DNA of 64,000 nucleotides from Candidatus Saccharimonadota bacterium (GTDB taxonomy: Bacteria; Patescibacteriota; Saccharimonadia; Saccharimonadales; SZUA-47). This document shows positions 1 through 8,936 of this stretch, in pieces. The position numbers and the translations under genes are program-made. How positions within the stretch are numbered: the stretch's first letter is position 1; every line of letters starts with the position of its first letter. The notes under the pieces were generated by a model. It searched no databases and was not told the DNA's origin. It worked only from the letters and a program-made list of their open reading frames with translations. The stretch lies in assembly GCA_043727115.1 (NCBI GenBank), contig JAYSZA010000043.1:975-64974 (forward strand), given 5' to 3'.

Positions 1-984
1 ACTTCTGTTCATAAACTTTATAAAGTATCAGAAAATAGTAGTGGGGTTCTTGAGTTAATGTTTATAGACAAATTAGACTTCTTAAGTAGTGATGGGCTTT
101 ATACCCTTAAGTCTCTCGGCAACTCTAGACTTTTGACGTACGATCCATCTGATGTTCGTCGTATATTTGCATTTGAGCCCTCCTCTAAACCGCTAGCCCC
201 GGAAACCATGAACATACCTTCAACACTGACTAATTTGGATTCACTTGCTGATATATCAACACACAAATCAACTATCAGCATAAGTGTATACCCAAATATT
301 GGTGAAGAGGGATCAAACACTGATGAGGTGGAGTTTATCTTTGGATCAAAAAGCTCTGACTTTAAAAGGAAGTTGTTTAATATGAAGGGTCCTTTCAAAG
401 CTGCTGTGTGTGAGGATAATGGGGCTTACTATTGTATCGAAGGCGATACGTACATCGACATTCAAAATACCTCATCCGAGGTTCATGAACCTTCTTCAGT
501 AAAAGCTACAGAAAAAGGAATGAAGTCTAAAACTTTCTTGGGCAGTAAAGTGATATTTTCAAACGAAACTGGCATAATTGTATATGACACTAGCACTTTT
601 AGTGGCTACTATTCGTATGTTTTTTCTGAACAGGAAGATATCTCAAATCTTCAGACGTTGAATGACAACGAATTCTTGTTTACGGCAAACTCGGGAAAGC
701 AAAACGATACAGTATACAAAATGAACACTTCGGGTTCGGGAAAATCCATCAGTCCGTTTATTGACGATATAAATGAATCGAATTTTATTGAAAAATACTC
801 GATTTACGATAAAAATATTTATTTAACACCTGATCTTGGTGATGTGGAGTATAGCGAAAATACAAACGACTATAGGTATTCTGAAACCAAAAAAACAGAG
901 GTTAATAAACTTATCAATGACCTGAAAGCTAAGCATAAAGACACACTAGAGGGCTATACTATCATCAACACATTAGCAAGCTAA
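1..984 (+). CDS. Hypothetical protein, 5'-truncated by the window edge (beta-rich, possibly propeller-like)
   Basis: Frame 1 is open from base 1 through the ORF-track ATG at 58 to TAA at 984; no recognisable motif. Confidence 0.6.
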   Translation, partial: TSVHKLYKVSENSSGVLELMFIDKLDFLSSDGLYTLKSLGNSRLLTYDPSDVRRIFAFEPSSKPLAPETMNIPSTLTNLDSLADISTHKSTISISVYPNIGEEGSNTDEVEFIFGSKSSDFKRKLFNMKGPFKAAVCEDNGAYYCIEGDTYIDIQNTSSEVHEPSSVKATEKGMKSKTFLGSKVIFSNETGIIVYDTSTFSGYYSYVFSEQEDISNLQTLNDNEFLFTANSGKQNDTVYKMNTSGSGKSISPFIDDINESNFIEKYSIYDKNIYLTPDLGDVEYSENTNDYRYSETKKTEVNKLINDLKAKHKDTLEGYTIINTLAS

Positions 985-2027
985 TCTCGGCTGATCGGGA
1001 TGATGTTATAGGCAGAGAAGTGGTCTATTGCTACGTCAGCGTCGGTGGTTGTTAGAAAAGTTTGGTAATCTTTCAAAGCTTCGGCTAATGCTCGTCGACG
1101 GCTTCCATCTAGCTCAGAAAACACATCGTCTAGTAGGAATATCGGCGCTTTTCCTGTTTGTTCGTGTAGAAGTTTTAGCTCGGCAATCTTGAGAGCCAAA
1201 ACGATGCTTCTGGTCTCGCCACGCGATGCAGTAATGCGGGCGTCAGAGCCCTTTAGCTCCACCAACAAGTCATCGCGGTGAGGACCTGCGCCAGTAAAGC
1301 CACGCATTCTATCAGTGTCTATTGTTTGTTTCAGATGAGCTAGTAGCTGGTCGCTGTAGTTTGTGAATGATATTTTGCTGGTGTAGTTAAACTGCAGTTT
1401 TTCTTTGCTGTTACTGATAGTTTGATAGTGAGCCTCGCAAACACTTTGTAGTTGTTGGACTAGTTCTAGACGATTTTTAACAATAGTTCCGGCCTTTTCT
1501 GCCAGCTGTAAATCCCAAACAAATAATTGGTCCGGAGAAAAAGATTCCTGTTTCAGTAGTCTATTCCTCTGTGCCAGTGCCCGGCGAAAGGCTACTAGTT
1601 CTGATTTATAGCCAGGCCGGGTGAGTGATAGTATGCCGTCCAAATAGCTCCTGCGTCTGTCTGGCTCTTTTCCTAGTAGCAACATGTGTTCGGGTTCAAA
1701 CACTACTACCGGTAAGCTTGTGGCGAGCGACAATCGTTTTTTTGCCTCGCCGTCAATTTCCATTATCTTTGGTTTTCCAAGCTCTAGTTTTACAACTCTA
1801 GTAGAATCATCCGTCAGCGCTTCTAGTCTCAACCATTCGGCGCCGATGGACACCAAATCTTTGTCGGCCGCCATGAATCCCTGAAGCGTACAAATAGTGT
1901 GAATTGCCTCCAGGAGGTTTGTTTTACCGCTGGCATTTGATCCGACAATAATGTTTACGCCCGGCTCAAACCCAAATAACCCATTTGTATAGGAACGAAA
2001 ATTAGTCAACTCAAGTGTTCTCAGCAT
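981..2027 (-). CDS. recF: DNA replication/repair protein RecF
   Basis: Motifs NFRSY, Walker A GSNASGKTN, GPHRDD, SRGE and LLDDVFSELD. Start moved to ATG 2027 (MLRTLEL), which has TATAAT 6 nt upstream. Confidence 0.95.
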   Translation of the reverse strand: MLRTLELTNFRSYTNGLFGFEPGVNIIVGSNASGKTNLLEAIHTICTLQGFMAADKDLVSIGAEWLRLEALTDDSTRVVKLELGKPKIMEIDGEAKKRLSLATSLPVVVFEPEHMLLLGKEPDRRRSYLDGILSLTRPGYKSELVAFRRALAQRNRLLKQESFSPDQLFVWDLQLAEKAGTIVKNRLELVQQLQSVCEAHYQTISNSKEKLQFNYTSKISFTNYSDQLLAHLKQTIDTDRMRGFTGAGPHRDDLLVELKGSDARITASRGETRSIVLALKIAELKLLHEQTGKAPIFLLDDVFSELDGSRRRALAEALKDYQTFLTTTDADVAIDHFSAYNIIPISRD

Positions 2028-2031
2028 AACA

Positions 2032-2063
2032 ACATTATATAGGTCAGATGACCTATATAATGT
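2032..2063. repeat. Perfect 32-bp palindrome overlapping the recF -10 box
   Basis: acattatataggtca-ga-tgacctatataatgt: 15-bp perfect arms, 2-nt spacer. Confidence 0.9.
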
Positions 2064-2120
2064 AAATATCAAATTACAAATCCAAAATAATAAACAAATT
2101 GTAAAACTTAAATTCTAAAC
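2064..2120. repeat. A-rich half of a split imperfect inverted repeat (partner at 3606-3647)
   Basis: caaatccaaaat..aaacaaattgtaaaa pairs with ttttatgattgttt..attttagtgtttg, with a few G.T pairs and bulges. Confidence 0.5.
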
Positions 2121-2355
2121 ATGGACAACCCTAGTAGCAGAGTGTTGCTCAGCCCCGAGTAAGACTATTGGCTATTTGGGGGGTAGCTGTTTTCTGTGTT
2201 CATGACGCTTAAATAATGTTAACATAGGACATTGCATGGGCATTATTCAACAGGCTATTCTTAATACATATGTGAGAAATTCGTGATACTGTAGTTTTGG
2301 GTAGTAAATACAAAAAAATACAAAGCATACAATAATTGTCAACAGGAGTAAGCCC

Positions 2356-3159
2356 ATGAGTGAGCAACCTATCCTAGACCCTATACTCACACAAGATATG
2401 CCCAGCCAAATATATCCAGAGGTAACATCTGATGCACTCTTGCCGGCCGAGACCGCCAACTACCAAGGTAATTGGTTTAATTTGCAGCACGTCCGCATGC
2501 AAAGCCCCAATTTTGAAAATAAGTTAGTTGCCTTTATAGGGCGACATATCGATTCACTTACACCCGGGCAATCCAGGTCGTCTCTAGATAAGCCAGAAAA
2601 CTTTCAGACACATTACCAGTCACAGCTCAACCAGTTTAATGCCAACCTGGAACGCACTTACTCGCTAGTACACTACGGCAAAGCGGCAGACATAGGAGGC
2701 ACATCTTTGGCTGCCCTAGGCCACGGTAAAATCGGGCAGCCGGGTACAGTTTATAGCGACGGCATAACCAAGACGGAACAACCGTTAACCGACAGACAAA
2801 AAGATATTATCGCCGGACATGAGGCTTATCACGGTATGGTTGATGCCCAAGGTTCTGCTAGTGCAGAAGTAAAAAGTGGTTTCGACTGGGAAGTTTTTAA
2901 TGTCTTGGTTGATAGTGGCAGTGTCGTACAGCCTAGCTACTTGCGCGAGTCAGATGAACTGCTGGCACGCATGGCGCAGTTCAAGAACTACTTTGGTATG
3001 AGTGCTAATGAGCAATTTACCACTGAACACCTTGCTCACATTAGGCAACATTATGTTGATGATACTAGCTTAGATAACGGTATCTCACTTATGCTCAATA
3101 TCGTCACTCCAAACACTGAGGCAAGGTTTGTGGAGCTTATGAACGAGCTGCCGGTCTAA
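2356..3159 (+). CDS. Hypothetical protein with HEXXH zincin-like motif
   Basis: 267-aa ORF with AGGAG RBS; GHEAYHG motif and a downstream Glu (DELLAR). Confidence 0.65.
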   Translation: MSEQPILDPILTQDMPSQIYPEVTSDALLPAETANYQGNWFNLQHVRMQSPNFENKLVAFIGRHIDSLTPGQSRSSLDKPENFQTHYQSQLNQFNANLERTYSLVHYGKAADIGGTSLAALGHGKIGQPGTVYSDGITKTEQPLTDRQKDIIAGHEAYHGMVDAQGSASAEVKSGFDWEVFNVLVDSGSVVQPSYLRESDELLARMAQFKNYFGMSANEQFTTEHLAHIRQHYVDDTSLDNGISLMLNIVTPNTEARFVELMNELPV

Positions 3160-3161
3160 TT

Positions 3162-3518
3162 ATGAAACGCCTGCTTAGTGTATTTGACAGGTTAAATACG
3201 CTCACATGGATTGGTGATGATTGGTTTAACCGTAGACTCACATTTCCTCACCGCCGTTTTTATCCGCTCTCGACTCTCTTGTTTTTGCCGGTGCTGGCTA
3301 CCATTCTATCACCGGCAATTGTTTTACTCTACTTTATTGTTAGGCGTCCCGAGAATGAGATGTTGGCCATTTTATTGATGGCTTTTGCTGCACTGATCGT
3401 GATTTCAGTGCCCGTGCTCGCTGTTGTTGCAATATTAAAATGGCGGAAGAGGCGACAGATAATGCAAAAATTTGCAAAGAAAAGAACTGGCTATAAATAC
3501 CGTGGTTTACGTAATTAG
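3162..3518 (+). CDS. Small membrane protein (2 predicted TM helices, basic C-tail)
   Basis: 118-aa ORF 2 nt after the previous stop; two hydrophobic stretches. Confidence 0.6.
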   Translation: MKRLLSVFDRLNTLTWIGDDWFNRRLTFPHRRFYPLSTLLFLPVLATILSPAIVLLYFIVRRPENEMLAILLMAFAALIVISVPVLAVVAILKWRKRRQIMQKFAKKRTGYKYRGLRN

Positions 3519-3605
3519 ATTAGCGAGTCCTTGAATTAACATACCTGTCCACTACATTAATCGGCAGTATAGTTTCGGTTGTTTCATCATCTACTTTTGT
3601 CCAAA

Positions 3606-3647
3606 TTTTATGATTGTTTCGATTTTAGTGTTTGCTTTTTGAGACTT
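3606..3647. repeat. T-rich half of the split imperfect inverted repeat (partner at 2064-2106)
   Basis: Complementary to 2064-2106 by manual pairing. Confidence 0.5.
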
Positions 3648-3656
3648 AAAAAGTTT

Positions 3657-4748
3657 TCAACTTTTTACGGGCATAACGACGTGTAGATAGTTGTCGTTGT
3701 CTGGGTCGGTCAGGATACATGGGTCAAGTTTGCCGTTTACATTTATCTGAATTTTTTCACCTTCAAAAGCGCTGAGAGCATCAAGAATATAGCGTGAATT
3801 CATTGTAATTACAGCGTCGCCTGAAATTTCAGCCTCTGCTACGGCGTTGTTTTCCCCGACTTGTGATGCGATTGAGCGTATGCTTACTTCTTTTTTTTCT
3901 TCGCTCATAGTTACGGTTACGCCACCGGCTGCTTCCCGCGCAAAAAGGCTTGAGACTTTGGTTATTTCCTGTAAATCTGTTCGCTTCAAAACGGCGGTAG
4001 TTGCGTAATCTTTAGGTAGAAGTTTGCGGTAGTCAGGATAGTTTCCTTCAATTAGCCTAGTGACCAGTTCGACGGAACCGACACTAAATCTTGCTTGCTG
4101 CTCGTCGTACTGCACACCAACACTGACAGTATCATCACGCATAACTCTCAGGACGTCTTGTAGAGATGAGGCTGGTAGAAGTAGATTGACTTCCTTTTCT
4201 TCAGCCCCAATCACTTTTTCTGCCAAACGGTATGAGTCTGTGGCTACGGCGTATAGTTTGCCGTTAAGTGTGTGTAGGTACAGTCCGGTTAGAACTGGTC
4301 TAGCGTCATCACTTGATGCAGCAAACAAAACTTGTTGCAGTGCAGACTTCAAATCCGCACCAGTCATTTGTAGAGAGTGCCCGTTTTCAATAGTTGGCAT
4401 AACAGGGAAGTCATCGGCTGGTGTTCCGTTGATACTTGAGCTGTGGTGTTCGGTTGTTAACTTTAGTTTACTGTCGACAACTTCAAGTGTTAGTGTTCCT
4501 GAGGGTAGGCTGGAAACATAGTCTTGCATTAGCCTGGCTGGAACAGTAATTGAGCCCTCGGCTTTAATCTTTGCTCCGATTGTCTCGCTTATTGCAACAT
4601 CTAGATTTGTAGCCGCTACAAGAAGCTGGTTATTTTCTGTTTTAAGTAAAACGTTTGAAAGAATTGGTAGTGAACCACGTGAGCTTGCTATACGCGAAAC
4701 TGTTGCGAGTGCCCTGGATAGATTTTCCTGTGTGACGGTCAGTTTCAT
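3657..4748 (-). CDS. dnaN: DNA polymerase III beta clamp
   Basis: LPILSNVLL, ATNLD, ATDSYRLA, LIEGNYPDY and C-terminal VVMPV; AGGAG RBS; downstream of dnaA. Confidence 0.97.
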   Translation of the reverse strand: MKLTVTQENLSRALATVSRIASSRGSLPILSNVLLKTENNQLLVAATNLDVAISETIGAKIKAEGSITVPARLMQDYVSSLPSGTLTLEVVDSKLKLTTEHHSSSINGTPADDFPVMPTIENGHSLQMTGADLKSALQQVLFAASSDDARPVLTGLYLHTLNGKLYAVATDSYRLAEKVIGAEEKEVNLLLPASSLQDVLRVMRDDTVSVGVQYDEQQARFSVGSVELVTRLIEGNYPDYRKLLPKDYATTAVLKRTDLQEITKVSSLFAREAAGGVTVTMSEEKKEVSIRSIASQVGENNAVAEAEISGDAVITMNSRYILDALSAFEGEKIQINVNGKLDPCILTDPDNDNYLHVVMPVKS

Positions 4749-5180
4749 AATATATAGTCTCCTTTATATAAATATATAGTTATTATAGGCTGTGTGGATA
4801 ACGTGTATAACTGGTCTTTTAGAGAAGTTAATTCTGAAAAAATGCGGAGTATAACTTGGTGGTATAGCGTGTGTAGAACATGAGCACAAGTTTGGGCGAG
4901 TATTTTTGCCCTGCGAATAAACCCAAAGTTGAGCACAGTTTGTGCACAGCCGGCCAATAGTTTGTCGCTTGATATACACAAGTTGTACACACCATATTTT
5001 GAGTCCAAAATGGCGCATTTGAGTGCAGTTGGAATGTTATTTTTGAGAATCGCAAACGAGCCATACTTAGCGTATGGTGAATGCGACTCGGAGAAAAAAC
5101 TTTTCAAATGTGCCAAAAACAGAGCTGGTGCACGAAACAAAGTGTCGTGGCAGAGTTCTGTGGTGCGTCCATTTTGGACT
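4749..5180. promoter_or_regulatory. oriC, dnaA-dnaN part: AT-rich unwinding element next to tandem DnaA boxes
   Basis: Perfect TGTGGATAA at 4793-4801 abutting CGTGTATAA at 4802-4810; AT-rich tract 4763-4788; further near-consensus boxes at 4972-4980 and 4983-4991. Confidence 0.8.
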
Positions 5181-6557
5181 TTATGCATACAATCTCCCCC
5201 TTAATTCAACTAGTTGCTGGCGTACAGCTGGGTCTAGGTGAGAAGACTTTTCGATTTTATCAACAGAATGAATGGCGGTCGTGTGGTCTTTGCGGCCTAA
5301 TTCATTAGCAATTTTCGGAAAGCTCATGTGTAGCTCGCTCCTTAGCATATACATAGCCATTTGACGCGGGTAGACGATGTCTTTGTCGCGCTTAGGGCTT
5401 AGCAAATCCTCCATTGAGATAGAGAAGTAGCGAGCTACTCGCTCAACAATATGCTTGGGTGAAATATGCTTAGGTCTAGACTTTGCACTTCCAAGCAGTG
5501 TTTGCGCAACCTGTAAGTCTGGTTCTAGTCCACGCATCTCACAAAAGGCTAGAAGCTGGTTTAATACGCCCTCTAGTTCACGGATGTTAGTAGTCACCAA
5601 ATTAGCTAGGAATTCAGTGACATCGGCCGGTAGCTGTAAGTCGTTGGCGTGAGCTTTGGTTTGGATAATTGCACAGCGAGTTTCAAAATCCGGAATCTGC
5701 ATGTCTATAGACATTCCCCAGGCAAAGCGACTTCGTAGTCTTTCCTCAAGAGTCGGAATATCTTTTGGTGGTTTATCACTGCTGATAATAATCTGCTTAT
5801 TAGCCTGATGCAGAGCATTGAAAGTATGGAAGAACTCTTCCTGGGTTTTTTCTTTTCCAGCTATAAACTGAATGTCGTCGATGATTAGAACGTCCGCGCT
5901 ACGGTAATGGTCGGCAAAGTCAGTGTTTTTTTTGTAGCGAATCGCATCTAGAAACTCCTGTACGAACTGCTCGGTAGATATATAGAGAACATGTGACTGT
6001 GGATTGCGCTTCAGAATTTCATTACCAACAGCCTGCATCAAGTGAGTTTTTCCGATTCCAACTCCACCATACAAAAACAAAGGGTTATATTTCTCACCTG
6101 GTTTACCCGCAATGGCTTGGCAAGCTGCGTAGGCAAGCTCGTTTCCGGCACCGACTATAAAGTTATCAAATGTGTAGCGGTCATTAATACCTCTGCGGTA
6201 TTTGTGCGTCAGGCTGGTATTTCTGTTGTTTTGAGTTGATGGTCTTGGCGCGCTAGAGTTGTGTAAAACCATTGTGTCGTTTGATGTTGATTTGCTGGAA
6301 GGGGCTTTGGCATTATAGATTTTGAATTCAATTTGTTCTGGCCGTATGCCGTTCTTGTCTAGTACATCTAGAAGTAGGTCCTGGTATTTTTTCTCTAATT
6401 GCTGCTTTATGAATATATTTGGAACGCCCACTATGACACTGGAGCTATCAGCTTGCAGAAGTTGAGTGGCCTTAAACCAGGTCACAAAGTTACCCCGTGA
6501 AATAGTTAGTTCTATCTCACCTAAGACTGCCTGCCATAATCTCGCGGTATCCTGCAC
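5181..6557 (-). CDS. dnaA: Chromosomal replication initiator DnaA
   Basis: YTFDNFIVG, YNPLFLYGGVGIGKTHL, IDDIQF, QEEFFHTFN, RLRSRF, NIRELEG and KDHTT motifs; GTG start. Confidence 0.98.
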   Translation of the reverse strand: MQDTARLWQAVLGEIELTISRGNFVTWFKATQLLQADSSSVIVGVPNIFIKQQLEKKYQDLLLDVLDKNGIRPEQIEFKIYNAKAPSSKSTSNDTMVLHNSSAPRPSTQNNRNTSLTHKYRRGINDRYTFDNFIVGAGNELAYAACQAIAGKPGEKYNPLFLYGGVGIGKTHLMQAVGNEILKRNPQSHVLYISTEQFVQEFLDAIRYKKNTDFADHYRSADVLIIDDIQFIAGKEKTQEEFFHTFNALHQANKQIIISSDKPPKDIPTLEERLRSRFAWGMSIDMQIPDFETRCAIIQTKAHANDLQLPADVTEFLANLVTTNIRELEGVLNQLLAFCEMRGLEPDLQVAQTLLGSAKSRPKHISPKHIVERVARYFSISMEDLLSPKRDKDIVYPRQMAMYMLRSELHMSFPKIANELGRKDHTTAIHSVDKIEKSSHLDPAVRQQLVELRGRLYA

Positions 6558-6848
6558 TAGCTTTTCCCCTCGGCTTACACTTTTTTGTATCCACCTAATA
6601 GTACGCTAAAGTAGTACGACTTTTCCACAGCTACTTTCACAACATTTAATGTGAGTAATCACACACCCTTGGGGCGGGGTTATCCACAGAAACGATTTAC
6701 ATCTGTTAATAATGTGGATAAAGGCTGTGGATGAGTGGATAAGCAATACTCTAAATTTTGCAATTTGTAAAATTTCTATGCAAGATGCTGATTATGGTTG
6801 GGTGTTACTCCTTGCGCAAAAAGGGCGTCGATGGTAGAATAGAGCGAT
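6558..6848. promoter_or_regulatory. oriC/dnaA upstream DnaA-box cluster and divergent dnaA-rpmH promoter region
   Basis: Perfect boxes TTATCCACA 6680-6688 and TGTGGATAA 6713-6721; 1-mismatch boxes at 6621, 6726 and 6734; rpmH promoter TTGCGC(6812)-17 nt-TAGAAT(6835). Confidence 0.85.
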
Positions 6849-6986
6849 ATGCCAAAACGAACTTTCCAACCAAAGAAGCGCAAGCGATCGCGCGTTCACG
6901 GCTTTTTTAAGCGAATGTCTACACGAACAGGAAGAATTGTTCTGAAAAGACGACGACTTAAGGGTCGAAAGATGCTTTCTCGTTAA
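6849..6986 (+). CDS. rpmH: 50S ribosomal protein L34 (not in ORF track)
   Basis: Manual translation [45 protein letters not shown]; canonical position. Confidence 0.97.
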   Translation: MPKRTFQPKKRKRSRVHGFFKRMSTRTGRIVLKRRRLKGRKMLSR

Positions 6987-7041
6987 TAGTTTTTCGGTTC
7001 AACAAACAACAACCATTGCATAAGCTGAGCGGAGCCACCAA

Positions 7042-7377
7042 GTGATAGCACGCAAAAACCGATTTCACGGACACAACAGTGTGTCGCGAGTGCGCGGTAA
7101 ATCTGTGCACACTCAAAACTTCAAAGTTTTCTATATGCATAACCCAAAACGCCAAGATTATAGAATGGCGGTTGTTGTCAGTAAAAAAACAGCTAAATCT
7201 GCCGTAGTTAGAAACCGCATCAGACGTCGTCTTTATGAGCTGGTCAGAACCCAGGCCATGCTAGCCGGACAACCGTTTGACGTTGTTTTTGTTGTGCAGA
7301 ATCCAGACCTTGCAAATATGCCCGCCCAAGACCTAGCACTTCAAGTCATGAATGCGACTCAAAAAATCGTCGAGTAG
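7042..7377 (+). CDS. rnpA: Ribonuclease P protein component
   Basis: VVVSKK and AVVRNRIRRRL (RNR motif); follows rpmH. Confidence 0.95.
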   Translation: MIARKNRFHGHNSVSRVRGKSVHTQNFKVFYMHNPKRQDYRMAVVVSKKTAKSAVVRNRIRRRLYELVRTQAMLAGQPFDVVFVVQNPDLANMPAQDLALQVMNATQKIVE

Positions 7378-7449
7378 TAGTCCAATTTACACCAAATAAC
7401 ACTCCTCAGTCGTGGTATAGTGGAATAAACGGAGTAACCAAGAGAATCT

Positions 7450-8427
7450 ATGTTCACCACCTTTATCGTGCAACCAATTTTTAACGTGCTAACCCTGATT
7501 TATGCGCTTCTACCTGGCCATAACTTTGGAGTTGCAATCATTTTGTTCACAATAGTGACTAGATTTGCTCTCTATCCGATGCTTAAAAAGCAGCTGCGCC
7601 ACACCAAGGCAATGCGTGAATTACAGCCAGAGATAAAGAAGATAAAGGCCAAAACAAAAGGCAACAAGCAACAAGAATCACTAATGATGATGGAGCTTTA
7701 TAAAGAGCGAGAAATCAAACCACTCGCTTATATGGGGCTGATGATTTTCCAGATTGTGCTGTTTTTTGCTCTTTTCTCCGGGCTTAACAGAGTGGTAAAC
7801 GACTCAAAAGCAATTTATGACTTTTCATACCCTGTAATTCAGAACATAAGTTTTATGCAGGACCTAAATGCTGATATCTCCAAATTTGATAATACGCTTT
7901 TTGGTGGTATAGACCTTGGGCGTGCAGCAATAGCAAACGAATCTGGGTTTTATTTCCCGGCATTCATGCTAGTACTTGGCTCTGCGCTGATACAGTTCTT
8001 CCAGATCAAACAAACGATGCCGTCAAGCAAAGACGCACGTAAACTGAAGGAAATACTAAAGGACGCAAACACTGGCAAACAGGCCGACAGTTCAGAAATC
8101 AGCGCTGCTATGAGCCGTAATATGGCCTATATTCTACCGTTCTTTATTTTCGTTGTAACCATCGGTTTCCCAGCAGCACTCTCGCTTTACTGGTTTGTTG
8201 GCGGCTTGGTCGCATATTTGCAACAGTCCTATCTACTAAAGCAAGACGAATATTCCATGACTAACGGCACCGCAACAGCTACTGTTGTGTCAAAGAAGCC
8301 ACTGCGCAAAAAAGACTCCGGCGTTAAAGTTACTGTCCTGAGCGAAGAAAAAGCAGAAACTAAACCAAAAGCCAAAAAATCTAAATCTAAATCCTCTCAA
8401 AAAAATCGTAATAAACGAAAGAGGTAA
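7450..8427 (+). CDS. yidC: Membrane protein insertase YidC/Oxa1
   Basis: FGVAIILFTIVTR..LYP, LQPEIKKI, MELYKE and PAALSLYW motifs; basic C-tail. Confidence 0.93.
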   Translation: MFTTFIVQPIFNVLTLIYALLPGHNFGVAIILFTIVTRFALYPMLKKQLRHTKAMRELQPEIKKIKAKTKGNKQQESLMMMELYKEREIKPLAYMGLMIFQIVLFFALFSGLNRVVNDSKAIYDFSYPVIQNISFMQDLNADISKFDNTLFGGIDLGRAAIANESGFYFPAFMLVLGSALIQFFQIKQTMPSSKDARKLKEILKDANTGKQADSSEISAAMSRNMAYILPFFIFVVTIGFPAALSLYWFVGGLVAYLQQSYLLKQDEYSMTNGTATATVVSKKPLRKKDSGVKVTVLSEEKAETKPKAKKSKSKSSQKNRNKRKR

Positions 8428-8432
8428 TTGTC

Positions 8433-8894
8433 GTGGAAGAATCAATTCAGTTCGCTAAAAAATATTTAGAGGATATGTTGTCGTTTTTTGGTTTAAATGT
8501 AGATGTCTACGCCACCAGTGAAGACGGTGAGGTAATTGAGCTGAACGTACCAAGTACACACCTGAACGGATTCTTGATAGGTAATCATGGGGACAACATG
8601 CGTAGCATGCAGTATTTGATTAGCATGGCGCTTAAAAGCAAAGAATTTGAATTTAACAGAGTAAATGTGGACATCGCAGACTACAAAAAACAACGCGCCC
8701 ATCGCCTAGAAGAGCGTGCAGTTGAGTGGCTGGAGCAAGTGAAGACATCTGGTAAGGAGATGCACTTAGAGCCGATGAACGGCGCAGACAGACGCACTAT
8801 CCACAAGCTAGCGGGCGAACATGGTATTGAAACAGAATCTGAAGGCGAAGGTCTAGAGCGCCACATCGTACTGAAACCAGCACCAGCAGAGTAG
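8433..8894 (+). CDS. jag: Jag/KhpB (EloR) RNA-binding protein, short KH+R3H form
   Basis: LIGxxG KH motif and LEPMxxxDRRxIH R3H motif; follows yidC; lacks the Jag_N domain. Confidence 0.85.
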   Translation: MEESIQFAKKYLEDMLSFFGLNVDVYATSEDGEVIELNVPSTHLNGFLIGNHGDNMRSMQYLISMALKSKEFEFNRVNVDIADYKKQRAHRLEERAVEWLEQVKTSGKEMHLEPMNGADRRTIHKLAGEHGIETESEGEGLERHIVLKPAPAE

Positions 8895-8936
8895 ACTTTT
8901 CTTTACTTGTAAATATATCGGGCGTAAAGTAATTCT

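Noticed and set aside
4745-5188. 147-aa ORF and other short ORFs between dnaA and dnaN
   Set aside because: They overlie the DnaA boxes and AT-rich element and have no protein-like motifs; treated as oriC.
5086-5256. Apparent duplicated LGEKTF peptide in an antisense ORF near the dnaA end
   Set aside because: Short, degenerate at DNA level and on the non-coding strand; likely chance.
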